Source of the DNA: an uncultured virus (IMG/VR IMGVR_UViG_3300030106_006575)
Taxonomy: Duplodnaviria; Heunggongvirae; Uroviricota; Caudoviricetes
Length of the DNA stretch: 44,682 bases
Virus record (IMG/VR): IMGVR_UViG_3300030106_006575
Direction: 5' to 3' (one strand)
Below are positions 29,492 through 37,897 of this stretch, in pieces (the stretch's first letter is position 1; every line of letters begins with the position of its first letter). A model generated the notes under the pieces. That model was not told where the DNA came from and made no database searches. It saw only the letters and a program-made list of their open reading frames with translations. A program made the position numbers and the translations under genes.

Positions 29492-30190
29492 GAACTCCAA
29501 GAGCTTGAGCATTGGGACAAGAAGTTTGCAGTTGCCGGCGCAGCCACGGAAGGATTCTTTTCCCGTCGCTGGGTTGCAGAGCATCTGTTTAGTATGTCCG
29601 ATGAAGAGTTCCTTCGAAATCAAAGAGAGCTATTTTATGATCGTAAGTTTGACGCTTCGCTGGCTGCTGTTGCAGAAGCTATGCAAGAGGAAGCAGCTGG
29701 GCTAGCCGGTCTTGGCGGAGGTGATCTAGACCTCGGCGGAGAGGATCTTGACCTTGGTGGAGAAGACCTTGACCTTGGTGGAGAAGACCTTGACCTTGGT
29801 GGAGAAGAGCCAGATCTCGGTGGCGAGGAAGAGGACGTTCTACTCGCAGCCCCCGGTCGCCGAGAGGACAAGCCATCTTCCGTGTCTAAAGGCAAAGCTT
29901 ATTATCCGGTCAAAGCCGGACGAGACAAACGTTCGGATGGCGCGTATAAACGCCACATGAAAGCCAAAATGGGCGCCAACGTTGGTGACCGAAGGAAGAT
30001 ACATCCTGGCTTAACAGGTTTTGGTGGCTTAGGCGAGCTATCAAAGGGGATGTTTGAGGAACAGGAATCTAGTTATGATGAAAGAGATTTAATGGAAGAG
30101 AACAAAATCCACAAAATCAACAACGAAGTAGCTAACTTGATAAAAGATTTAGAAAACTCGGAGCTTAAGAAAAATGAAATTCAAACATAA
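29492..30190 (+). CDS. Second, divergent version of the portal C-terminus
   Basis: ELQELEHWDKKFAVAGAATEGFFSRRWVAE repeats ELQELEHWRTKFDVAGAATEGFFSKRWVAE from before the gap and continues to a stop overlapping the next gene. Confidence 0.85.
   Translation, partial: ELQELEHWDKKFAVAGAATEGFFSRRWVAEHLFSMSDEEFLRNQRELFYDRKFDASLAAVAEAMQEEAAGLAGLGGGDLDLGGEDLDLGGEDLDLGGEDLDLGGEEPDLGGEEEDVLLAAPGRREDKPSSVSKGKAYYPVKAGRDKRSDGAYKRHMKAKMGANVGDRRKIHPGLTGFGGLGELSKGMFEEQESSYDERDLMEENKIHKINNEVANLIKDLENSELKKNEIQT
29714..29839 (+). repeat. 21-nt tandem repeat, about 6 units (GGEDLDL)
   Basis: ggtggagaagaccttgacctt exact at 29756 and 29777, degenerate at 29714, 29735, 29798 and 29819. Confidence 0.9.
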
Positions 30191-30998
30191 TAAAAAAAGA
30201 AATACCGCTTTTTTGTACGAAACGTTAATCAAAGAATTAACAAAATGTGTTGTTCACAAAGACGATAAGAGGAAAGAGTTTATTGTTAATACGATGAGAC
30301 AATATTTCAATTCTAACGCTCCTCTCGGAAAAGAACTTAGAATATATCGCGATCTCAATGAGACAACCGGTGTGGATCTATATACAGCCGAAAGATTGCT
30401 GTCCGAATCCAAAAAAGATTTTATTTCTATGGACAGAAAACAGGTATTTAATCTGCAAACAAATTTGATAAACGAGATTAATAAAGTACTAGGAAAAGGA
30501 GTTTTTAATAACTTCGTCCCAAACTATAAAAGCTTGGCTACGATCTATCAGATCTTCTTGGATGATAACAGTACAAAGGAACTAATCCTGCTTGAAAGAA
30601 GAGTTCTAACAGGAATGGTATCGAAAGATGAAAAAGCACCATCCAAGGATATGCCGCACGTTAATAACCTGACCCTTACCACATTTATTAAAAACTATAA
30701 TAACAAATACTCAGAAACTATTTCTGAAGAACAGCAGAAGCTTTTAAACAAATATATTTTATCCTTCTCCGATAACGGACTTGAACTCAAAGCATACTTG
30801 AATGAAGAAATATCAAGATTGAAAGAAGAAGTGAAACTCATACAAGAACAAGAAGACCTTTCAGGCGATGAAGACTTGAAAGGAAGATTTGGCGAACTCG
30901 AAAGCTTGCTGGAGTCGTTTGGCAACCATAAGGTCGACCAGAAGATGATAACCAAAGTTTTAAAAATACAAAAGCTTGTTAAGGAGAACCATGAGTAA
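30174..30998 (+). CDS. Hypothetical helical protein in the head module
   Basis: 274-aa ORF between portal and protease, overlapping both neighbours. Confidence 0.6.
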   Translation: MKFKHNKKRNTAFLYETLIKELTKCVVHKDDKRKEFIVNTMRQYFNSNAPLGKELRIYRDLNETTGVDLYTAERLLSESKKDFISMDRKQVFNLQTNLINEINKVLGKGVFNNFVPNYKSLATIYQIFLDDNSTKELILLERRVLTGMVSKDEKAPSKDMPHVNNLTLTTFIKNYNNKYSETISEEQQKLLNKYILSFSDNGLELKAYLNEEISRLKEEVKLIQEQEDLSGDEDLKGRFGELESLLESFGNHKVDQKMITKVLKIQKLVKENHE

Positions 30999-31549
30999 TG
31001 TCAGTCTCTATTAAAATAGGGAAGCCTGAGCCTGTCGAACTAAAAAAAGAAATTCCTGTTGCCAAAGTTGAACTTAATATAAGAAAAACTTTGGACGGCG
31101 ATATTATGATTTTTGACCACGCCGACATAGACATCATTGTGATGAAAAACAAAAACAAGATTGTCGCATTTCCAAAAGATATTATGTCTGAGGTGGTTTA
31201 CGGCGCCCAGGATCGGTTATTTAAGTTTTTAATGCAGAAAGGATTGGTCCGTATAGACTCTGTTGTTGGTGGATCCGTATATGGATCACTTCAGGCGGAT
31301 CTTCTACAATCAGAAGACTGGAACAACGTTCGATTGGCAATCATAAATATTGAAAAGTGGATCGACTCGGAGCGACCTTACTTTGAGTTCGAGGAAGAAT
31401 TCGAAGATATGCTAGCAGATCGCCTTACCGATCCCGATGATGATGAATCTACAGAGTTGGGCGAAGTGCCGCACGACGATTCAAAGGGATCATTGCGCCC
31501 AGGATACAACTACGGGCCTTATTGGCAGAACTACGCCTATCAGGAATAG
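30998..31549 (+). CDS. Hypothetical protein
   Basis: TAATG coupling; acidic C-terminus. Confidence 0.6.
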   Translation: MSVSIKIGKPEPVELKKEIPVAKVELNIRKTLDGDIMIFDHADIDIIVMKNKNKIVAFPKDIMSEVVYGAQDRLFKFLMQKGLVRIDSVVGGSVYGSLQADLLQSEDWNNVRLAIINIEKWIDSERPYFEFEEEFEDMLADRLTDPDDDESTELGEVPHDDSKGSLRPGYNYGPYWQNYAYQE

Positions 31550-31557
31550 AGGTTAAA

Positions 31558-31866
31558 ATGGACTTACTTTGGTTTGCGCTCGCCTGTTACGGCTTGACAT
31601 TCCTTGTCGTATACGCGAGCATATTTAATAGTATAAGACCTTCAAAAGAATGGCTAGGTGGTTTTGGAAAACTATTCCATTGTCCTTTGTGCTTTGGCTT
31701 TCACTCTGGCTGGTTTTTGTTTGTCATAAACGGATGGACAGAACTATTTACTTTTGACTATACCATTGCAAACTTTCTAATTTGCGGGTGTGTCGGCGCC
31801 GCCACTTCGTACCTTCTTTCAATGATGGTTGGAGATGAAGGCATAAGAATCGACAAAGGAGACTGA
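31558..31866 (+). CDS. Small membrane protein with CxxC (DUF1360-like)
   Basis: GAGG SD before ATG 31558; hydrophobic helices with GKLFHCPLCFGF. Confidence 0.6.
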   Translation: MDLLWFALACYGLTFLVVYASIFNSIRPSKEWLGGFGKLFHCPLCFGFHSGWFLFVINGWTELFTFDYTIANFLICGCVGAATSYLLSMMVGDEGIRIDKGD

Positions 31867-31867
31867 G

Positions 31868-31918
31868 ATGAAACGTAGAAACATTCCAAGAGTTCGTCGC
31901 TGTTGCGCTGGATCCTAG
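31868..31918 (+). CDS. 16-aa basic Cys-Cys mini-ORF MKRRNIPRVRRCCAGS
   Basis: AAGGAG SD at 31856-31861, ATG 31868, TAG 31916-31918; too short for the ORF track. Confidence 0.5.
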   Translation: MKRRNIPRVRRCCAGS

Positions 31919-31920
31919 CT

Positions 31921-31950
31921 CGGGCGGGTAGCGCCCGCTATTTTTGTTTT
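31921..31950 (+). terminator. Terminator-like hairpin immediately upstream of the protease SD
   Basis: CGGGCG-GGTAG-CGCCCG then CTATTTTTGTTTT. Confidence 0.65.
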
Positions 31951-31960
31951 GGAGATTAAT

Positions 31961-32575
31961 ATGGGAAAACAACTTTTAAGAGAATATTACGCCTTGTGTG
32001 AAGGAGGGGTCTGCCAAGACCTTTTGTCTGAGCAAGAAAAGAAAGATATGGCTTCTGGAAAGAAGTTCTACATGACTGGTTGTATGCAGAAGTTTGATAC
32101 CCCAAACGGAAATGGAAGAGTTTATTCCAAGAACATTCTCCAAAGAGAAGTCGAAAACTACTGGAAGCTTGTCAAGGAACGCCGCGCCCTTGGCGAGCTT
32201 GACCATCCAGATGATTCGGTGATCAATCTAAAGAATGCTTCTCACCTTGTCATTGACATGTGGTGGGATGGCGAAGCCTTAATGGGTAAAGTTGAGATTC
32301 TTGATACTCCATCTGGGCAAATTTTAAAACAACTTGCTAATTCAGGAGTCACTCTAGGTATTTCTTCTCGTGGGCTTGGCTCGGTTAGAGAAGAGAGGGG
32401 CACAACAATCGTTGAGGATGATTTCCAACTAATTTGTTTTGACTTCGTTTCAGAGCCTTCAACACCCGGTGCCTTTATGCATACAAAGAAAAGTATGTAT
32501 GAACACAAAGAACCAAACATTTTTACAAAAGCAGATAAGCTTTATAGATCGTTAAACGATATCTTGAGAGATTAG
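31961..32575 (+). CDS. gp21: Prohead core protease (T4 gp21-like)
   Basis: NGNGRVY, ALGELDHP, ILDTPSG, GISSRGLGS, DFVSEPSTPGA; GGAG SD at 31951-31954. Confidence 0.93.
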   Translation: MGKQLLREYYALCEGGVCQDLLSEQEKKDMASGKKFYMTGCMQKFDTPNGNGRVYSKNILQREVENYWKLVKERRALGELDHPDDSVINLKNASHLVIDMWWDGEALMGKVEILDTPSGQILKQLANSGVTLGISSRGLGSVREERGTTIVEDDFQLICFDFVSEPSTPGAFMHTKKSMYEHKEPNIFTKADKLYRSLNDILRD

Positions 32576-32583
32576 AGAGACAA

Positions 32584-33015
32584 ATGAAAAGATCAGAATT
32601 AAAAAAATTAATAAAACCCATCGTTAAGGAGTGTGTCCAAGAGGCGCTTCTTGGCGAAGGGATATTATCCAATATTGTATCAGAAGTTGCACAAGGAATG
32701 GGAAACCAGTTTCTTGTTGAACACAAAGAAAAAGTTGTTCCAACTATGTCGAACGAAAATAGCGTTCAGATGGAGGCTATGACAGCCAGGAAGAGAGATC
32801 AACTTAAAGAGTATAAACAACAACTTTTAGATCAAATCGGCGCCGACGCCTACGGTGGCGTCGACTTATTCGAGGGAACCAAACCCTCCGCCCCAGAGTT
32901 GTCTGCAACACAGACAGCAAGCCCACTATCATCGCAAGATCCAGGAGATCCAGGCGTTGATATATCAGGAATTATGGCTTTGGGTGGAAAAAATTGGAAA
33001 GCTCTGATGGGCTAA
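32584..33015 (+). CDS. Hypothetical head-module protein with leader-like N-terminal helix
   Basis: MKRSELKKLIKPIVKECVQE resembles the LKxIIKEEL leader. Confidence 0.6.
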   Translation: MKRSELKKLIKPIVKECVQEALLGEGILSNIVSEVAQGMGNQFLVEHKEKVVPTMSNENSVQMEAMTARKRDQLKEYKQQLLDQIGADAYGGVDLFEGTKPSAPELSATQTASPLSSQDPGDPGVDISGIMALGGKNWKALMG

Positions 33016-33025
33016 ACTATTTATA
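33016..33025 (+). promoter_or_regulatory. Putative late promoter
   Basis: ACTATTTATA, 17 nt before ATG 33043. Confidence 0.65.
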
Positions 33026-33042
33026 GGAAAGAGGAGTAAATC

Positions 33043-33555
33043 ATGGGAGATAAAACAGGAGCATTTGCGGACCACTTAGCGGCCGGCGAAGGATTGATTC
33101 ACCGTCGTCACAACAGTTGGGGTCGCACACGAAGTCCAAAGAATTTAACGGGCACCAATGGCATCGCAGTCACTCTAGAGGCGGATACCACTAATTTGCT
33201 GAATGGTACTTCTGGCTATAAAACAACGGGTTATGCAACAGAGAACCAAAGATATTTGCATGTTCTTGTCACGGATCTTCACGATACCGCACCCGCTGCG
33301 TTGACTATATTTGGATATTGTCATGCTTTTGAGAGATGGTTTGAAATACCAGAATCTGAAACCGGAGGCGAGGGGCAGAATACTGCAAACGCTGCCGCCT
33401 CTATAACAGTGGGAGACTCCGGAAGAGCCGTTGCGGCTCAAGTTCCAAGTGATAGAGAGTACCGACGCTATGATATCTGCGGTATTGACAGAGTAGCTTT
33501 CGTGCACGAAGACTCTACCGAAGTCGATGTCTTTGCCGCTTGCAGCACCTTCTAA
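33043..33555 (+). CDS. Hypothetical (probably virion) protein
   Basis: GAGGAG SD; beta-rich 170-aa ORF. Confidence 0.55.
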   Translation: MGDKTGAFADHLAAGEGLIHRRHNSWGRTRSPKNLTGTNGIAVTLEADTTNLLNGTSGYKTTGYATENQRYLHVLVTDLHDTAPAALTIFGYCHAFERWFEIPESETGGEGQNTANAAASITVGDSGRAVAAQVPSDREYRRYDICGIDRVAFVHEDSTEVDVFAACSTF

Positions 33556-33581
33556 ACTGTTGCCATTTAACCCGTTCAACG

Positions 33582-33589
33582 ACTATTTA
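33582..33589 (+). promoter_or_regulatory. Putative late promoter
   Basis: ACTATTTA in the intergenic gap before GAGGTG SD and ATG 33618. Confidence 0.6.
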
Positions 33590-33617
33590 CTATAAGAACG
33601 GATAACAGAGGTGTTAT

Positions 33618-36131
33618 ATGGCTATCAAGCTAAGAGGAAATGAATTTAGGGCGGAGTTCGTTAGGTCACTTAACATTCTTGCGCCTCGAATCTGGCAAGC
33701 GCTTAGCAATACGTCGGCTGCTGTACGAATTGACAACCTGAAGATCGACGGCAGCAAGTGGCTTCGCTTTGGATCGGGATTAACCAATGCAAATCTGTTG
33801 ATCAACACAGACATCGTCGGCGCCGAAAACCCCGCCATCGACCTGTGGGCAGCCGTTGTAATCAGTGTAGAACGAATGGATACCCCTACTGTGCCAACGA
33901 ACGCATACACTGGCATTAGCAACACCCTCAAAAACGAAACGCCTACAGGTGGCACCTCGACTATGTATGGCCATAATGTTCATTTGACTAACAAGCATGC
34001 CGCCGACTCCGGCAGTCTGTTTACCTATGGCGCCCAATATCGGATCTATGGCGACTCAAACGGTAGCCACACTGCGTATGGAGTCAAGGTCGTAATTGAG
34101 GATGACATCGCCACAGCTTATGGATTGCACGTTAAAGTTCACGATGCCACCACAAGCAACACCGGACTCTACCTTAACGTCGAAGACGGCGGCGACGACA
34201 TTAAAATCATAAGCTCTGCCGACATCGGCGACTACTTTAAAATTCAAACCACCACTCACGGTGCAACCACATTCACAACCGTCGATGATGACGCAGCCGC
34301 AGCAAACTTAACTTTCACCATTGATGGCGCAATAAAACTTGATGGACTCGGCGTTGAAATAGAGAATGACTCGACTTCGGGCGCCCCTGCTCTTCTTATC
34401 GACAATGATGACACAGACCAAGTGGCTCTTAGCATCGCCGCTGCCAACATCGACGCAAACGTTATCGACGTAACAGCCGATGCATTAACGACAGCAACCG
34501 CAATTGCCATCTCTACCGATGCAAGAACAACGGGAACAGCGTTAGACATTTCAGACTCAAACACAAGTGACAGCGCAGGAAGCTTGGTCAAGATCGCGCA
34601 GACAGGCGATAGAGCAGGCAGCGCTGCAAGTTACGGCTTGCATATCGATTTCAATACAGTGGCAAATGTAAATGCCAAAGCCTTGTATATCGACTCTGAA
34701 CAGACGACAGGTGTTGTTTTCGAGATTGACGCCACAGAGATTACAACAGGCAAGGGTATCAGCATGGAACTCGCCGACCGAACAACCGGCGTGGGCTTGC
34801 GCATCAGAGACAACGGAACAAGTGACAGTGCAGGCAGCTTGGTCAATATCATCCAAAGCGGCGATAGAGCAGGTTCCGCCGCAAGTGTAGGGCTGAATAT
34901 TGATTTCGATACAACAGCAAATGCAGCCGCCAGAGCCCTTAAAATTGACTCCGAACAGACGACAGGCATTGTTTTCGAGCTTGATGCTGATGCGATAACG
35001 ACAGGGACAGCCCTTGACATCACGGCAGACGCCCTCACGACAGGCGGCATCCTGAATCTTGTTTCCAATTCATCAAGCACAAGCACCAGATCGCTGGTTA
35101 AGATTACTAATGACAACACTGCTGCGACGGGCACAACCTTATTACACCTTAAGCAAGATGCAACCCCGACTGGAGGGGAAAATGCAACGCTTCTTATTGA
35201 TACCAGCGCCACCAGCACCGCACCAACCCTTGAACTTCGAGACTCTTCTGACGGTAACAAATACTCTTCGCTAAACTTCAACCGGTCCGGCGCCACACCC
35301 GCCGATGATATGGGGCTGGGATATATCAACTTTAGGGGTCTCGATGACGGCGCCAACGCCACCACATATGCGCTCATGAGCACTTTCGCCTCCGACATTA
35401 CCCATGGTGACGAAGGCGGTCTGCTTAAATTTGAAGTCTTCGCCGGAGGAACAGCAGGATCTGCCGCATTAAAAGAACTCCTCACCATCGGCGGCGAGGA
35501 CGTTGCAAACTCAACGCCTTGTGCAGTTGTTATCAACGAAGACGGCATCGACTGCGACTTCCGTGTTGAATCAGACGACAACACGCATATGTTCTTTATC
35601 GATGGCAATGACAATACAGTCGCAGCAGGGGGCATCGACGCCACAAACCACAAAGACGGCTTCGCAGTTTTCAATGATTTCAATGTAACAACCTTTGAGA
35701 ACACACTAGCAGATGGACAATTCGGAAGCGCTGAGATATTAAGATATTCACCCGGCGCCAACGATACTTTGACTGATGGACAGATATACTTCCTGCATAC
35801 AGACGGTACTTGGGATTCAGCCGATGCAGATGACGTGGCGACCGGCGCAAGTCAAATGCTTGGTGTTGGGTTGGGAAATGCAAGAGAAGTGGGGGTATTG
35901 ATAAAGGGATTTGTAAGAATTCCATCCACAGAAATACTAAACCTCCCCGGCTCAGGTGCTGTGGATGGTCTGCCACTCTATGTTTCGACAACAGCAGGGC
36001 ATTTTGATTTTACAGCCCCATCTGGAAACGACGATTTCGTTCGCATCGTTGGCTATGCTATCGATGACGACAGTTCCGACGTTCTCGTTTACTTCGATCC
36101 GGACAAGACTTGGGTTAAGGTGACGGCATAA
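33618..36131 (+). CDS. Fibre/spike-like protein with beta-repeats and a C-terminal capsid-cement-like domain
   Basis: Repetitive T/A/D/G-rich strands; C-terminal WDSADAD..LGVGLG..VLIKGFV..LYVSTTAG..TAPSG..VRIVGYA. Confidence 0.55.
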   Translation: MAIKLRGNEFRAEFVRSLNILAPRIWQALSNTSAAVRIDNLKIDGSKWLRFGSGLTNANLLINTDIVGAENPAIDLWAAVVISVERMDTPTVPTNAYTGISNTLKNETPTGGTSTMYGHNVHLTNKHAADSGSLFTYGAQYRIYGDSNGSHTAYGVKVVIEDDIATAYGLHVKVHDATTSNTGLYLNVEDGGDDIKIISSADIGDYFKIQTTTHGATTFTTVDDDAAAANLTFTIDGAIKLDGLGVEIENDSTSGAPALLIDNDDTDQVALSIAAANIDANVIDVTADALTTATAIAISTDARTTGTALDISDSNTSDSAGSLVKIAQTGDRAGSAASYGLHIDFNTVANVNAKALYIDSEQTTGVVFEIDATEITTGKGISMELADRTTGVGLRIRDNGTSDSAGSLVNIIQSGDRAGSAASVGLNIDFDTTANAAARALKIDSEQTTGIVFELDADAITTGTALDITADALTTGGILNLVSNSSSTSTRSLVKITNDNTAATGTTLLHLKQDATPTGGENATLLIDTSATSTAPTLELRDSSDGNKYSSLNFNRSGATPADDMGLGYINFRGLDDGANATTYALMSTFASDITHGDEGGLLKFEVFAGGTAGSAALKELLTIGGEDVANSTPCAVVINEDGIDCDFRVESDDNTHMFFIDGNDNTVAAGGIDATNHKDGFAVFNDFNVTTFENTLADGQFGSAEILRYSPGANDTLTDGQIYFLHTDGTWDSADADDVATGASQMLGVGLGNAREVGVLIKGFVRIPSTEILNLPGSGAVDGLPLYVSTTAGHFDFTAPSGNDDFVRIVGYAIDDDSSDVLVYFDPDKTWVKVTA
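34563..35010 (+). repeat. Internal 255-nt (85-aa) duplication in the fibre gene
   Basis: TSDSAGSLVKIAQTGDRAGSAAS..IDSEQTTG starting 34563 and TSDSAGSLVNIIQSGDRAGSAAS..IDSEQTTG starting 34818. Confidence 0.85.
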
Positions 36132-36715
36132 TGGCAAAGTTGATATTTAAAGAAAGGGAGCTTGTCTTCAAGGACGACCGCATTATCTTAAAGGAAAGCG
36201 ATCTAGACCCTGAAATGGAAACAGAAGTGATGATGTCTTGGGAAGACCCTTTAATGAAACGACACGCTGAAGTCGTTTGTGAAAACGGCGGAGACATATT
36301 AGAAATTGGATTCGGTATGGGAATAGCAGCAAACTATATTCAAGAGTTGAATCCAAACTCTCATACGATTATTGAACCACACCCACAGATACTAGAGAAA
36401 TTAAGAGAATGGGCGACAGATAAGCCAAATGTTAATATCATCGAGGATGAATGGTATAAAATAAAAGAACAGCTTGGCAAATATGACGGTATATTTTATG
36501 ATGCTTACGGCGACAATGATTATAAGAAAGTGAAAGAGGTATTGCCAGATATAACAAAAGAAGGCAGCATTCTTACATTTTGGAATAATCGAGGAGAACA
36601 ATCAAATAATCACGAGATTGATGAAAATATTACTTATGAAGAGATTGAAGTAGATCCCCCACAAAATAGTTATTTTAATCATGCAACATATTATTTGCCA
36701 AAGGTGGTTGTGTAA
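36131..36715 (+). CDS. Class I SAM-dependent methyltransferase, GAMT/Rmt2-like
   Basis: VMMSWEDPLM, ILEIGFGMGI (motif I), HTIIEPHP, YDGIFYDAY. Confidence 0.82.
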   Translation: MAKLIFKERELVFKDDRIILKESDLDPEMETEVMMSWEDPLMKRHAEVVCENGGDILEIGFGMGIAANYIQELNPNSHTIIEPHPQILEKLREWATDKPNVNIIEDEWYKIKEQLGKYDGIFYDAYGDNDYKKVKEVLPDITKEGSILTFWNNRGEQSNNHEIDENITYEEIEVDPPQNSYFNHATYYLPKVVV

Positions 36716-37443
36716 TGCCAACAATCTATGCAGCAGACACAGACGGATATCTTTACAATTACACTACTGATACTTGGGTCAATGTTCGCGGTGCGGGAAC
36801 GGCCACTCACGCCGGCGCATCTGTCACCCGCTACTCCCGCGCAATACGGACTTTTCACACTGCCGGCCGCGGCGGCGATACCTATTTTGTTGGTAGGTCT
36901 TTTTTCGCTTTCGACACAAGCGGAATAACAGCAACAGTGGCCTCAGCAACCCTAAAAATATATGGCTTTTCCAACGATGACGCAGGTGGGGTAATTGCTG
37001 TAAAGGCAACAGCACCAGACTTATCCACTGATATCGCCGTCGCTGATTTTGACGCCATCACCGGCTTTTCTGCCGGCAACACAATGAGTGGCAACGTTAC
37101 CGATTATTCGTCAGAGTTGGCAACATGGACAACATCTGGCTACAACGAAATAACTCTAAACGCCCAAGCTCTTTCTGATATGGTATCGGGCGATGTGTTA
37201 AAAATCTGTGTTGTTGAGCATGATCATGATTATTCAAATTCGGCTCCCTCTAATGCTGATTTTGATAATGGGTGTTATTTTTCGGAGTATTCTTCCACTT
37301 CAAGGGACCCCTATATTGATTACACACTCGCCGCCGGCGCCCAAGTCGCCAAAGTCTCGGGCGTTGCAGAGGCTAGCATATCAACAGTTTCGGGTGTTGC
37401 CAACGCAAGCATCGCCAGCATTATAGACGTCGATATGCCGTAG
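36715..37443 (+). CDS. DNRLRE/CBM96-like beta-sandwich virion protein with C-terminal 11-aa repeats
   Basis: RSFFAFDTSGITATVASATLKIY..RDPYIDYT; tail VAKVSGVAEASISTVSGVANASI. Confidence 0.5.
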   Translation: MPTIYAADTDGYLYNYTTDTWVNVRGAGTATHAGASVTRYSRAIRTFHTAGRGGDTYFVGRSFFAFDTSGITATVASATLKIYGFSNDDAGGVIAVKATAPDLSTDIAVADFDAITGFSAGNTMSGNVTDYSSELATWTTSGYNEITLNAQALSDMVSGDVLKICVVEHDHDYSNSAPSNADFDNGCYFSEYSSTSRDPYIDYTLAAGAQVAKVSGVAEASISTVSGVANASIASIIDVDMP

Positions 37444-37461
37444 TAAAAATTTATATTAATG

Positions 37462-37471
37462 ACTAGTTATA
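37462..37471 (+). promoter_or_regulatory. Putative late promoter variant for bS21
   Basis: ACTAGTTATA, one mismatch to ACTATTTATA, 27 nt before GTG 37499. Confidence 0.5.
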
Positions 37472-37498
37472 AACACAACAATCACATTTGGAGTTATT

Positions 37499-37801
37499 GT
37501 GAGCAACAATAGAAATTATAGACACAACAGAAACAACAGGTATAATAGAAATAACAGAAGCCGACGCAATAGATACGTGCCTCCTCCTTGCGGCAAGCGA
37601 GGCAGCAATTTAACAGTTGTTCCACGACATAACGAGAGCCCCGAAAGATTTATTAAAAGGTTTATGAAGAAGTGCAAAAAGCTTAAAATCTTGGAAAACT
37701 ACAGGGAAAGAACCGATTATTACCAGAAACCATCGGAGATTAAGAGGAAGAAAGAAATTCGTCGAAGAAGAGCTATTAAGAAAGCTAGCCAAAAGGAATA
37801 G
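37499..37801 (+). CDS. rpsU: Phage-encoded ribosomal protein bS21 with Arg/Asn-rich N-terminal extension
   Basis: VVPRHNESPERFIKRFMKKCKKLKILENYRERTDYYQKPSEIKRKK fits the bS21 pattern (NES..RF.KK...IL..R..Y.KPS..R.K); GGAG SD at 37490-37493. Confidence 0.85.
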   Translation: MSNNRNYRHNRNNRYNRNNRSRRNRYVPPPCGKRGSNLTVVPRHNESPERFIKRFMKKCKKLKILENYRERTDYYQKPSEIKRKKEIRRRRAIKKASQKE

Positions 37802-37824
37802 ATTCAGTAGCCATTTTTAAAATA

Positions 37825-37855
37825 ACAGGATTTTGTACATCCTGTATACTATTTA
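37825..37855 (+). promoter_or_regulatory. Hairpin followed by putative late promoter for scaffold-capsid genes
   Basis: ACAGGAT-N7-ATCCTGT 37825-37845; ACTATTTA 37848-37855. Confidence 0.6.
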
Positions 37856-37897
37856 TTTGTAAGACGAAACTTATATTTTCTTGCAAGGAAACACAAT

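Noticed and set aside
29411..29508. Programmed frameshift in the portal gene
   Set aside because: The frame change coincides with the arbitrary 10-N gap and duplicated sequence.
29714..29839. CRISPR-like array
   Set aside because: Repeats are contiguous, have no spacers and are in-frame coding; the leader repeats at 19-21 kb are also coding.
34631..35761. 376-aa minus-strand ORF and other antisense ORFs
   Set aside because: Shadows of GC-richer or repetitive + strand genes, with no motifs or initiation signals.
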